From contig OX597824.1 of NCBI GenBank assembly GCA_951406725.2, positions 51,956,001 through 52,020,000 on the forward strand: DNA of 64,000 bases, given 5' to 3'. Position numbers and translations under genes: made by a program. The notes under the pieces were generated by a model, which was not told the origin of the DNA, made no database searches, and was given only the letters and a program-made list of their open reading frames with translations. This stretch comes from Octopus vulgaris (Eukaryota). Positions 1 through 12,492 of this stretch are shown piece after piece (the stretch's first letter is position 1; each line of letters opens with the position of its first letter).

Positions 1-1001
1 GTTTGATGCAGATCTAGAGACCGTTTTTATAGAAGACCCCAGCTTGTTCTTCCAACCTGAACGCGACTTCAGAAATCAAGGCTGCATCATCTGGGAAACG
101 CTTTCCTTTCAAAAACAACTTCATGACTGGGAAGAGGTGAAAATCAGAGGGTGCGAGGTCAGGAAAGTAGGGGGGTGGGGGAGGAGTTCATAGCCATACG
201 CCTGTGCTTCTGATCTGGCGACAAGCGAGTTGTGAACCGGAGCGTTGTCCTGCAGGAGGAGGATGCCTTTGCTGATCTTTCCCTGCCTCTTGATTTTGAT
301 AGCTACTCTTAATTTCCTCAAAAGTGAAGCATAATAGGCTCCTGCAATTGTGGTACCCTTTGCCAGGAAATCTGTTATCACTACTCCGTCCTGGTCTCAG
401 AAGACTATGAGCATGACCTTGTCAGCGGAGGGCTGCACCCTTGCCTTCTTTGGAGGAGGTGAGTCACGGTGCTTCCACTGCATTGACTGGGCTTTGGTCT
501 CTGAATCATCGTGATGGACCCAGGTTTCATCCTGTGTAATCAGTCTTTTGAAAAATTTTGACTCATCTTCTTGGCACATCTCCAAATTCACCCTCGAGCA
601 CTCGACGCGTTCTTGCTTCTGGAAAGGCGTGAGCAACCTGGGAATCCATCTGGCAGATACCTTTTGCATATGTAAATGGTCATGAATGATAGTTTCCACA
701 GACCCGGTACTAATCTTGACCTCATAGGCTATTTGGCGAATAATTATGCGTCGATCTTCCAAAATGGCAGCCTCAACTTGACGGACAGATGCCTCATCAA
801 TGGCAGAAGGGGGCGACCAGATCTGGGAGCTGTTTCTACAGAGTTCCGACTATGTTTGAATTCACGATGCCAGCGTTTTACAAGGTCATATGATGGGGCA
901 TCATCACCATAAGTTACTTTCATTTCATCAAAAGTCTCCCGTGGTGTGCGTCCTTTCAAATACAAAAACCGGATCACTGCTCGACACTCAACAGGCTCCA
1001 T
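1..1001 (-). mobile_element. Mariner (DD34D) transposase pseudogene, frameshifted, running off the window start
   Basis: ORFs 744-1001, 397-762 and 121-381 join into a mariner transposase: N-terminal HTH (RAVIRFLYLKG...VKRWHREFK), WIPRLL, ITQDETWVHH, LLQDNAPVH, and a frameshifted HPP(YSPDLAPSD) region; 1-124 reads KLFLKGKRFPDD... Confidence 0.93.
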
Positions 1002-1554
1002 TTAACACTTGACTCGGTTCAAACACCTGTAAATCAGAAACCACAATTAATTCAGTGCTGTAATTTGCCACTTACTCTATAGAGATTTAAATGATTGCAT
1101 ATGCAAAATTTCAGCTAGATCAAACAACTGCAGCTTTGCATATCTGCATAACAAGTCTATAAAGTATTTAAACTGAATATATAAAGAAAAACATGTATAA
1201 ACAGATAAATATTTATGTCAAGCATTATTTCGGTAAATAAAAGTATTTCTGAGAACGAAGATATTCATCCATGAATTATTCGTTCCAATCACTTCAAAGC
1301 ACAAGGACTTGGAGTGGTGAGCTTCATGTTTTTCCTAAAGAATCTAATAGAATAATAGAAATAGATATGACAGAAAATTGTATCTAGTTCGTCTTTGGCT
1401 TACCATGTATGCTATAACGATCGTCGTAACTTTTGTCTTCAATATGTATGCACGTGTGTGTATAGGGATGCATGCACATATACATTATATTCCTCGTATG
1501 TTTATATTAGGAATATAATATTCACGCAATCACGTATGCATTTGACATGGACAT

Positions 1555-1594
<40 letters not shown>

Positions 1595-1699
1595 CATACA
1601 CGTACATGTATACTTTTGAAACACACACACACACACACAAACATAAACACACATATGGTATAGACACTCGCTTTTTTTCTTTTTTACTTGCGGAGTGTA

Positions 1700-2630
1700 G
1701 AAGAGACATTACCCCTGACCTTTGCAGGTCCTCCCAGAATCCTGAACTTGATAAAAATGATTTTCTGTTGCAAGCCAATCTACCTACGGAGTTGGGAGAT
1801 ATGATAGATGGTCAGTGTAAAAAAGACTTGATATAGTGAGTAATGCGAGGCCTGAAAGGTGGACGCAATAAAAGTGACAATCTTGGGAAGAGACGAGTAG
1901 GTTGGGATTACCTGAGTGATGGAGGTAAGAGGCCAGCCACTTCTGAGGAATAAATGCCCTTAGGTTAGACACTCCATCGGTTACGGTGACGAGTGTTTCG
2001 TTGATTCGATCTACATAACAGGGTGCTCGTGAAATTAATGTGCAAGTGGCTGAGCACTGCACAGACGCGCGCACCCCTCACGCCAGTTCTAAGGGAGATT
2101 TAGCATGACACAGAAGGTGCCAAGACTGACCCTTTGAATTACAGGTACTACTCATTTTTTTCCAGCTAAATGGACAGGAGCAACGTGCGATAAAGTGTCT
2201 TACTCAATGACACAACGCGCCGCCGAGAAACGAGGTCACGACTTTATGATCGTGAGCCGAATGCCTTAATCACTAAGCCACGCATCTTCATAGACGCCAT
2301 TATAGTAGTGATACAAAAGATAGCAAGGAGACAGCATACCCCAGGGTCCAAAGACTGGAGCTTGTCCGTTAGTGACTGAATTCCAATCAGTCGTGTGATT
2401 TTCTCTGAATGCGGTCACATTAGCCTTATCCAAGGCCAGTAGCTGTAGGGAGCTGAAATATTTTCCAGCCTGCGGAAAATGACCTGTCTGGAATGTAGTC
2501 TTAGCTCTACTATGGATGTACTTTTGCCAAGAGGGATCCTCAATAATAGTGACTCTGCATTTGGAGAGACTGTGAGAGCTCTGAGTGCTACTCATGTTCA
2601 GTGAGTGGATTGTAGTGGTGTGTTCCGGAT
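1700..2630 (-). mobile_element. Decayed CR1/L2-group LINE 3' fragment, split by a SINE
   Basis: Minus-strand remnants (KYIHSRAK..., KYFSSLQLLAL.KA, LLYHYYNG, then a proline/serine-rich segment) resemble the RT C-terminal region of CR1/L2-group LINEs; many disruptions. Confidence 0.55.
1971..2290 (-). mobile_element. tRNA-derived SINE (CORE-like body, 'tail 2') with 5-bp TSD TAGAC
   Basis: Minus-strand head tggcttagtg (A box), CORE-like ttgagtaagacactttat, 3' half shared with SINE at 22150-22532; tagac at 1966-1970 and 2291-2295. Confidence 0.8.
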
Positions 2631-2669
2631 ATGAGTATTGCTTCTGTTCTTGTTTCTTTTGCTTTTCAA

Positions 2670-4690
2670 AGAAACAAGGTTGGCACTGAAGGATACTCTC
2701 AAGATCTCTGTTTATTGCAATAATTATTCTGCTCTGTAGGTGTAGCTACGTCGATGATGATCAATTCTTTGAACTCCTTCAGTAGGAGAGTGAAATCTGG
2801 TCGGTTATGTTGCTTCTTCTTGTCTGTGTGTGTATATGTTATATCTTATGAGTTTCGCCTGATCTTTCTCTGCTACTGGCAAAGGTTGGTTTTCATAGCA
2901 CTCATTGGAACATTCTAGCCCGTACTTCTACCATATCTCCAAGTATATTTACACTGCCACTTCGTCATGGCGCTTTTTGTGTTTCTTTTGAGCCAGTTTT
3001 GAGCATCCACTAATCATATGTCTAACTGTCTCGGATGATTTTACACAAATGTGATTCTTATATCTTATCAAAGCTACGCTTGAGTGGGTTGGTTCGTAAT
3101 GCTTACTCTTGAGCAGCAAGAATCATTCCTGTCTCCTTTAAAAACGCCATATCTTAACCACCTCCTGCATCTTCATCAATTTCATCCGATGTTTATTGGA
3201 AAATCTCTTCGTGTAGGACTTCCTCTCTCCAATTGATGAGCTTTCCTCTTTTAGTCTTCATATTGTACTCCTGGGGGGTCTCAGTGCACTCAATCCTCAG
3301 TGCATTCTGCGACATCCTTTCATCACAATTCCTTCGATAGGCATGCAAGGATTTGTTCTCCTTCAAAACACTATCTTCTATTTCAATCAGTCCGCTTCCA
3401 CTTTCCTTCCTAGCTTTCCATAGCACATTCCTGGCACTTTCCATATGTTACTTGCTATGTTACTTCTAGTATGAAGACACCCATTATCTTCATACTTTTC
3501 CAATCCTTTGTCGATTCCACAATACCTGCGTAGTAACGTATCATGCCAACAACCCACGCGTTGATGCTTGTAATCAGGTTCCTACCATTCAGCTAAGATT
3601 TACATAGCTTTTTAACTCATCTGGTATATTTAGAAAAAATGTTCTCCTTCATCTTGGTGTTCATCATCTGGCCTAACTGTAAAACACTAAGATAATTGTA
3701 ACCCTCTCCTTTCACCTCTTTTCCGATTATCATCTGGAAATTGTAATCCACAGCTGTCTACTTTCCGCCCTCTCCTCAGTTCAATAACAGCGCATTTCTC
3801 TATACCAAGTGACATCTGGATTTCGTGACTGACCCCTACTAGCTACATAAAGCTTCAAATCATCTATAAATAGCAGGCAATTGTTTTTCAGCAGTTTGTC
3901 ACTAGCTCCCTGTGTTTTTCAGAACCATGGAGAGTAGTAACATACAAACAATGAACAGTAAGGGTGGCACCGAATCTCCTTGAAAGATTCCCCAATTGAT
4001 GTCGACTTGTCTAATTTCTCTTCTACCTGCAGTCAAAACTGTCTTCCAGCTTCTCATACTGTTTGTCAATAAATAATATTCTTAGCTGCCGTCTCCAGGC
4101 ATTTCAGAATCCACGAGCAGGGAACCATGTCATATGCCTTCTGACAGTCATCCAAACCATTGATAGGCTTCTCAACCTTTGTCGACATTTCCTAAGAATT
4201 CCCTTTCAATCAGCACCTGATCCTTTTTCCTTGTGATCCTTCCTGTAGCCTCCCTGTTCAGTTTATTTCTTATTTAGCAGTTTATTTCTTAACAAGTGGT
4301 TATACAATTTCTCATTATCCCAGTTAGAAGCTTTCGCATTATAGATAAACAAGCAATCGGACGATAGTTACTGGCCACGATACCCTTGGCTGGGCCCTTC
4401 TGAATCAACACAATTCTTCCTTTAAACATCCATTCTGGTACAATTCCTTGGTGTACACAGCTTGCAGGAATTTTTGTAGTTTAGGATGTAAATTTGTCAA
4501 AACCTTCAACCTAAATCCCTTAACCCTGTCCGGGCCAACTGTCTTCCAGTTTTTCATCTTACCAACTCCGGCTTGAATATCTTCCAACGTGCTCCTGTAT
4601 CTTTGTTCATTCACATCCTTCAGCTCTTCATATGGATATTTGCCAGAGTTCTAATAACCTTTCCATATAACTTCTTTTCTCTGGCTCAAT
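2670..4690 (-). mobile_element. R4/Dong-clade non-LTR retrotransposon (RT plus restriction-like endonuclease), 5'-truncated and decayed
   Basis: Minus-strand motifs KMKNWKTVGPD, SMRSWKT...GIFQGDSVPPLLF, LFIDDLKLY, zinc knuckle ETVRHMISGCSKLAQK..KRHD, and HNRPD of the RLE domain; multiple stops and frameshifts. Confidence 0.9.
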
Positions 4691-5004
4691 CCTAATGTAA
4701 CATTCAAACAACAATTTGGTGTTCGCCTAATATATTGTGACGCTCTCACGCTACCGCTGTCCTTTTCACTCCACCTCCACGGTTTCCTTCACTACCATCA
4801 TCAACTTCACATATATTAAGATCTGAACATTTAACAAATTTATCACAGTACCACACCACCCCCATTATCCCGTTTCCATAATTATCAACTCCTCCTCCGC
4901 CGCCATTACAATCACAATACCACCGCCCTCTACGGATTGTGTGCATACCCGTGTGTGTGTGTTGGTGGTAGTGTTTCCTTTACTTGTGCAATTGAGAGTT
5001 TAAT

Positions 5005-5140
5005 CTGACACACTTCAAAGGAGTGTCACTTAGACCGACAGGTGGTTGACCTTTGACCCTCTCCTATTCAAACGCACCTTCGTTGCCTTTGGCAACCGAT
5101 ACCATCGTGAATAACGTTTATTATTTCCCAACTGTCAATT
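5005..5140. promoter_or_regulatory. Candidate enhancer: TCF, E-box, DR1, RFX X-box and TALE motifs
   Basis: ttcaaag 5014-5020, caggtg 5039-5044, tgacctttgaccc 5047-5059, gttgcc-ttt-ggcaac 5082-5096, ctgtca 5132-5137, in sequence not recognised as repeat. Confidence 0.4.
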
Positions 5141-5254
5141 CCCAACAGTCGATAAAAAAAAGGACTAGTTATATATTAGTGTTGTTGGATTCATTCAACA
5201 AGTGCTCCTCAAACTGTTAAATATTAACCAAACCCTATACTACGATCCAATATA

Positions 5255-5486
5255 TATTTCTTTACTACCCACAAGGGGCTAAACACAGAGAGGACAAACA
5301 AGAATAGACTCACGGATTAAGTCGATTACATCGACCCAAGTGCGTAACTGGTACTTATTTAATCGACCCCGAAAGGGTGAAAGGCAATGTGGACCTCGGC
5401 GGAATTTGAACTCAGAACGTAGCGGCAGACGAAATACGGCTACGCATTTCGCCCGGCATGCTAACGATTCTGCCAGCTCGCCACCT
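5255..5486 (-). mobile_element. SINE family B (tRNA head plus Nin/Deu-like domain), full length with 17-bp TSD
   Basis: Minus strand ggtggcgagctggcagaatcgttagc...gagttcaaattcc...cctttcggggtcgat...aagtaccag; TSD tactacgatc(c/t)aatata at 5238-5254 and 5487-5503. Confidence 0.9.
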
Positions 5487-5504
5487 TACTACGATCTAAT
5501 ATAG

Positions 5505-5765
5505 CCGCACACGTGACTGTATGGTAAAAAGTTTGCTTCCCAGCGATATGGTTCCAGGTTCAGACTCCTTCCTTGGAGCCCTTTTTTGTTTGTGTTTGTC
5601 CCCTACCACTACCGCTTGACAACCGGTACTGGTTTCTTTACGTCATCCTAACTTAGCGGTTCGGCTTAAGAGACAGATAGAATAAGTACCGGACTTGATA
5701 GATATAAGTAGATATAAGGCTGTTTAGTCCGTATAAAACCCTTCAGGTGGTGCTACATAAGTAAA
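5505..5765 (+). mobile_element. SINE family C, decayed and internally deleted
   Basis: Head gtgactgtatggtaaaaagtttgcttccc and tail cgcttgacaaccgg...ttagcggttcggc match the copy at 54450-54940. Confidence 0.75.
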
Positions 5766-6516
5766 GACAGATAAAATAAAGATAATAATTTAATTTAGGG
5801 GGTCTTCCCTTTTAATGAAAAAAGAGGAAATAGTGTTTGCATCCAAATATTTCTGTTTTCTAGAGGTCCTTGATTTCTCAGACTCATGAGAATAAGAATA
5901 CAAATTCATAATCCTTAGCACTATGTTCGCTTCCATTCTAATCCTCAGAGCCCCATTCTTCCATATGAGATACAATGGACAATACGTTCTCATCTATAAA
6001 AGTTCGGTTGTTGTGGCGATTGAGGAAACTAACTTGTAGGTTTTTTACTTTGTAACCATTCCAGCATCCTTGTTTTTAAGAAACCAAAGTTGTCATCTCC
6101 TTCTCCTCCTCATCGTCGTGGTCGTCGTCACCATTTTCTGAGGCAAACCGATAAAGTCAGTAAAGCGTTAGATAGAAAATCTTGTGGTATTTGTTTGAAC
6201 TCTCTGTATTTAAATCCCGCCGCGATTACTCCGAGTTTCATCTTTCGGGTGGTAGATTTGCGGAACTGTGAGTGAGTCGGCTGAAATAGCTTGTGGTATT
6301 TACCGGATTTCCCTAAAAATTAAGGTATTTCCCAGAGATTTGCATTGTGCAGCTACATAGCCAACCGATATGAACCGGGACTCAAAGATGATTGCGTGTG
6401 TGTGTGTGTGCGAACTTGTGCAGTTCAGTGATCATATACACATGCATACTGACTGATATATATGCATACAAATATAAACATAAAGTCCTCTGTGTGTGAG
6501 TGTGTTTGTGTGTGTG

Positions 6517-6553
<37 letters not shown>

Positions 6554-7440
6554 AAATATAATATGTAAAAGTAATTCACCATGGAGAAAACTCTTCACTT
6601 TAAGCAAGAGGTGTAAAACATCAAAACCATTCTGGCGTGTTCCCTATGGAAGCTACAAGCTGCTGAGGTCGCCAACCCACTACAATGGCAAACAGCAATG
6701 AAAATGTTTTTTCACAGGTAAAATATGTCCCAAACATACACATCAGGTGATTTCTGCCGATTTCTTATAAAGAAGCGAAAGCTCCCAGTCATTTAGGAAT
6801 TGTCTCACTCGATATCTAATATGGATAAGAACATAAAGAGCTCGAAATTCATAGGAGGAGCACCAGAATGACCGGTGTTTTACGCATTTTGCCAAACGCG
6901 AGAATTTTTCTCTATGGCAAACTGCAGAGAAAATGGCCTTTTTACAGATGAAATATGCTCCAAACACATGTGGGCTAATCGAAAGGTTTCTTTTATTTCC
7001 CAATACTGTTTCACTTGCCAACCATATATTATATGTGCACACGCGTACACACACACACGTCCACACATGCTCCCTCTTATATACATAATGTATACGTGTA
7101 TATATGTCTTTACACATATGCGTTTATGTGTGTGTGTGTGTGTAAGGAGGTTGCTTCTGATACAAATCATTCCTATTATCCTATATATCAAATATAGTAG
7201 TACAACACTCTTGGATATACATATTAAACACTTTCCTGGTATATTAATTACTTGTAGGGACGCTGTATTTCGTTATGTACCGTCCTACAGTGTTAGCAGT
7301 GTTATTAAATAACTTTTAAGGTTATCTCTAAAAGCTTTCCATAGAAATTATACCCAACACTAATTTGTTACGACGTTTCGCATCTGAATACGCCTAATGT
7401 AAACAAACAATCAGATCGAAGGTAGAAAACTAGGTAATGG

Positions 7441-7492
7441 GTTTAAATGCCATATTTCAGGAGTTCTTGCTTCTTCATCAGCACCCCATCCG
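7441..7492 (-). ncRNA. Degenerate hammerhead-like motif
   Basis: Minus strand CTGATGA-agaag-caagaa-ctcct-GAAA; stem II has one mismatch, stems I and III are decayed. Confidence 0.35.
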
Positions 7493-8083
7493 ACGCATTA
7501 ACCACCCACAAACTCATTGTTTAAATAGTTACTAAATATAGAGTTACACCACATAGTGAAATACGGTGTCCCTCGAAGTAATTCATATGTAGGTACAAGC
7601 TGCCAATAATGTGTTTAATTGTCCTATCTATTCTGCATTTTCTGCACTGTATGTATATATTTCAATCCACACCACAGACATGTTCAGCAAACATAAACAA
7701 TATTGATCCATAAAGCATATAGAAAGTGAGTAAGTCAACCGTTGGGTCTTATTTTGATTTCACTTGATCTTCATGTTATGTTAGAGTGTTTACTTCAAAA
7801 TACTGTTAAAGGCCTCCAATAGGAAAAAAATTAAATAATAAAAAGAGAGGAAACATTTCAGAAACCATAATCACTTTCACTTTTATGCTGGAAACTCACT
7901 AATGAGGCCTCTTCATTTTTCTGCAACTTCCATCTGAAGGCGAAGGAACATACGTGAGAGGAGAGAAGAGAACTGAAAGAAAACCATTAGAAAAACTTAA
8001 ACAAAATAAGAATACATCAAAACTATCCTATTTCTTTAAACACAATTTTAATGACCTTCGCTACATATGGAGGACCCATCACC

Positions 8084-8136
<53 letters not shown>

Positions 8137-8427
8137 TGACAAACAATTGCAAACTAAATTATGCAAAAGACACGCATAACATTGGATGCTATTCCGTCCA
8201 ATAAAATTTGAAAATAATGTAATATTTTACGTGTGGTAAGCATTGTTATACTAACGGGTAAACTCTAAATATCTGATGAGCTGAAAGAACAGCATATTTC
8301 GATTCACTTGCGATACAGAAATATCTCAATATTACACTAATCTTTCTCTAAAAATACTTATACATCCATAGTATTTGTAGAAGATTCACAATACTTTGTT
8401 GGAGAGAACATATATCATTTTTAATTA

Positions 8428-8630
8428 TTTGTTTCAGTCATCTAACTGTGGCCATGCAGGAGCACGGCCTTTAGTCGAACAAATCGACCCCAGGACTTAT
8501 TCTTGTAAGCTTAGTACTTATTCTATCGGTGTCTTTTGCTGAACCGCTAAGTTACGGGAACGTAAACACAACAACATCGGTTGTCAAGTGATGGTGGGCG
8601 TGGGACAAACACAAGCACACAAACACACAC
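8428..8630 (-). mobile_element. SINE family C, 3' half
   Basis: tttgtttcagtcat...aaatcgaccccaggacttattc...gaaccgctaagttacggg...gggacaaac. Confidence 0.85.
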
Positions 8631-9336
8631 ACGTATACAGATCGAGCGTACTGTATGCGGCAAATTGCACAATGTCCCACATATTGTACAATACTTAATG
8701 TATACCATGTACTCTACTGTTCTTGTAATTTACCATGTCCTGCCTATACTTGCAATGTACTGTACGGCTATCACAATTTACCATACAGTACTTGCAACTC
8801 TAGCGATATTAACAATGATCAATAACCCTTATGCAAATGAAAGGCCAATCACAGGCAGCTATCTAGGTCTTTTAAACATATTTAAGTGCCATCATCAAAT
8901 AATCGCCATCATAATATCATAAAAACAGATGTTAACGATTGAACGCCCGCAATAATACATTTCCAGCAAGGCATGAATAGGCACGAAAGTAAACGACAAT
9001 CGCGGAAGTGTTTCACTTAAACGAAAATAATTAGAATGAAAGGTGTAGAATATTTGAGAGATTGCTTTTTTTCACAGTGTCACATATTGATATTTCTAAT
9101 GACTATTGAAGATTTCAGAATTGATACACAATTATACTATTGTGTAATATTATTTTGGCAGCTGTGAATATGTTGAGTGCTTCTAAGTTCATTATTTGAC
9201 AACAGGATATTTATTATAAGTTAGAAAAAAAAATCGATTATATGTTTCGCGTACATTATTGTCAAACTTTTTTTTTCCAATTTGCATCACTGCCTAGTAG
9301 TTATAAGATATATCTCCGATTCCCTTTAGTTTTTAA

Positions 9337-9388
<52 letters not shown>

Positions 9389-9484
9389 ACACGTATATAT
9401 ATAACATATAGCTATATATTATATGTATATATATATGTATATATCCTACACACATATATATATGTATATACATATGCATATACT

Positions 9485-9540
<56 letters not shown>

Positions 9541-9543
<3 letters not shown>

Positions 9544-9790
9544 GGAGATGTACCTGCGTAGTAAGTGACTTGATGTGAGATCATGTGCTGAAACAAAAAC
9601 AATTGCAGCGTGGTAAATGTTTGTAAGCTATTTAAGAACACTCAAAAAATCGTTAGTTTCACTTCAACATTTAAATTTAATTTGTGTCAAAATATTTTCG
9701 TCGCTTTCAAATCGCGGCCTGTTCACTGACAAAACTTCGTGCAGCAGAATGTTTTGTCAGTGAACAGGCCGCGGTTTTAAAGCGAAGAAC
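9541..9790 (-). mobile_element. PLE-terminus-like cassette with a variant hammerhead and an inverted partial copy
   Basis: Minus strand tgtca-GTGAACA-g-gccgc...gcgac-GAA-aatatt-T-tgaca; arms 9701-9735 and 9751-9785 are inverted repeats (33/35 match); left flank is (TA)n. Confidence 0.6.
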
Positions 9791-10886
9791 TCTGAAATGC
9801 CAGTTTCGACCACCTCCTGGCTTCCGAAAGTTATGTCCCCCAAAAGATTCTGTAATCTACGAAACAAATAGTAGTCTGAAGGATCACGGTCGGGATAATA
9901 CGGTGGATGAGGAATTTTTTTCCAACCAAGCTCTTTGATCTGTGGTGTGATCTTTCCATGTGGGGTCACGCGTTGTCCTGATGAAGCTTCACTCCTTTTC
10001 GATTCACTAAAGCGGGTCCTTTTTTCTTCAAATCTTGGTTCAAGCGCTCTAATTGCTGACAGTAGACTTGAGCATTGATCGTTGCATTAGGTAGTAATAA
10101 TTCAAAGTGAATTACTCCTTTGCAATCCCACCAGATAGAAATAACTTTTTCCCCATGAAGTTCCCTTCTCGATTGTGGTTCAGCTTTTCCTCTTTTACCA
10201 AGCCACTGTTTACGACGTTTAATATTTCGATAGAAGATCCATTATTCGTCACCAGTCAGAGGTCTATCCAAAAAGTGTAAAATGAGTTCGCGAGAAAGGA
10301 GAGAAGAGCAGATGTCAACTCGGGATTTGCGGTTGCTTTCAGACAATTCATGAGGCTCCTATTTTCCAAGTTTAGGAACCTTTCCAAGTTGTTGAAGATG
10401 ATGATGAACAGTTGTATGGTTTGAACTAAGCTATATTGCCAATTTTTCAACTGAAAATGCAGGATTTTCTTCAAATAATATCTCAAGGAGCTTAGCATCA
10501 AACTCAACTGGGCGTCCAGGTTCGATCTTCATCTTCAAGACTGAAATCTCAACTTCTGAATTTTGCAAACCATCTTCTGCAAGTTCTTTCTTTCAAGCAT
10601 TATTTTCCATAAACTGAGTGTATGTTTCGAGTTGCTTCGGTTGCAAAGTTTCCTTTTTTGTACTCTTAAATCATTATGCGCCTCAAATGCTCTTTGGATA
10701 CTTCCATGTTAGAAAGGGTTTTAATCAAAGAAATTTTAATTCTATTATTTTGTAAAATAATATTTAATTAGTTTAAATGTACACAAATGCATAAAACTAA
10801 TTTTTAATTCCATTAGACATTCTAAAATACTATAAAATTTCATTCAATTTTAAAAAGGTAAAATCGAACAGAACGTATGGGATGAC

Positions 10887-10890
<4 letters not shown>
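9790..10890 (-). mobile_element. Mariner (DD34D) element, decayed, 5' TIR present and 3' end missing
   Basis: ATG at 10707: MEVSKEHLRRIMI*EYKKG...RTCRRWFAKFRS; TGDE*WIFY; KKIPHPPYYPDRDPSDYYLFRRLQN; terminus tcaggtcatcccatacgttc abuts (TA)n. Confidence 0.92.
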
Positions 10891-10928
<38 letters not shown>

Positions 10929-10994
10929 CCTATATTAATTTAAATTATTATGTGTAATATATATATTATATAATATATATATATATTAAACTTG

Positions 10995-11041
<47 letters not shown>

Positions 11042-11044
11042 TTG

Positions 11045-11078
<34 letters not shown>

Positions 11079-11411
11079 AATACGTGCATACATGCTTACA
11101 TACACGAGAAAAAGAAAATGAAGTGCGAAAAGTCTAAGCAAGTTATACAATCAGTGCAATGTCTGGGAGGTAGAAATGTCCGCAGTATGGACTGAGAAAC
11201 GAAAATTAAAATGTTTCAAAATTACACACTGCTTGCGGGAAGTCCTGAGAATCCAAAGGTGGTGAAGAGGTGGTGAATATATTCACACATATATGTATGC
11301 ATGTACATAGGTACGTACATATGTATGCATGAATGTATGTATGCTTATTAAGGCATGGGCGCAGTCAAATGATTGAAACGTGAAAGAATGGAAGTATATA
11401 TATATATATAT

Positions 11412-12464
11412 TGTTATGAGTAGGTCAATTAGGAAACAACTGCTATGACCTACTTTGCTCGTTTGTAGTCTGAAAGTCTGGAATCTAAAGTTATTGTCCT
11501 TTGTTGTGTCAGATTCACGAAAGAGTAATGGCTTTCGGAAAGACCTCTCCCCTTTTTCCGGTCAAAGAAGGGTCGAGGAAGCTACCCTATAAAAGGCAGG
11601 GGCTGTGAGACTGTTGGACACAGTTCGGCCGGAGAAAGTGAGTTGGTAACAGGGCAGTTGAGGAGTTCTGCTGAGACAGCAAAAGAGGCCGGAGGAGGCG
11701 GTCAGTTGAGAAAGACAGACAGATAATCTGAGGGATGACAGGGAGAGTGTGACGGTGAACTGAAAGAGGAAGACAGGCAGATAGGATTACGGTGTGAGGC
11801 GGCGATAGCGTAGAGGACAGACAGATAGTATTACAGATAGTATTAGACAGATAGTATTAGACAGACAGATAGTATTACAGAGCTAGGAGAGAGGGACTAC
11901 GATGTAAGGCATTGGCTGTTGTACGGTATGTATTTGATTGTTGTATTGATGTTGAAATGTAAAAGAATTGATATGTGAAGGAAGGAAAGAGGAAAAAGAA
12001 AGAACTGTGTAAAGACATTGTGAATTAAGTAAAAGAGTTGTTGAAAAGAAAGGAAGAAGGAGAAAAACTTTAAAGAACTTTGAACTGTATCGTGAACATT
12101 AATTGATCTGAAATGTATTGAACTGTATCTGCATGCTTTAATTTGATTTGTTGTTTTCTTTAATGTATACCTGATGTATCTTTGATTTATTTGATGTTGT
12201 AATAATTGTATAAACTGTTGTTAAATGTAAGCCAAATTGCCTTCCGCCGTGTCTCTCTTTGTGTCTCTTCCTGTTGTTGTTGTTATCTCCGGTCGCCGGC
12301 TGCCGAGTTGCTGCCGCTTTCCCCCTCACCGAGTTATTCTCTCTCTCCTTGAGTCCGTGGCGAGTTCGCCGATCGATCGGGCTGGTGAATCGTCGTCGCT
12401 CGACTTGGTAGGGTCCCGGGTTTTCCCGAAGAGTTTGAGCGACGGCAGGTGGGATTTCGTAACA
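11412..12464. mobile_element. Solo LTR (probably Ty3/Gypsy type), 1053 bp, inserted in (TA)n
   Basis: Ends TGTTA...TAACA, ATAT on both flanks, TATA-like tataaaag near 11588, no retroelement ORF, internal acagatagtatt tandem repeats at about 11820-11880. Confidence 0.75.
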
Positions 12465-12492
12465 ATATATATATATATATATATGTATATAT

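Noticed and set aside
8273-8335. CTGATGA...GAAA motif
   Set aside because: Stems II and III do not close convincingly; counted only as a weak candidate
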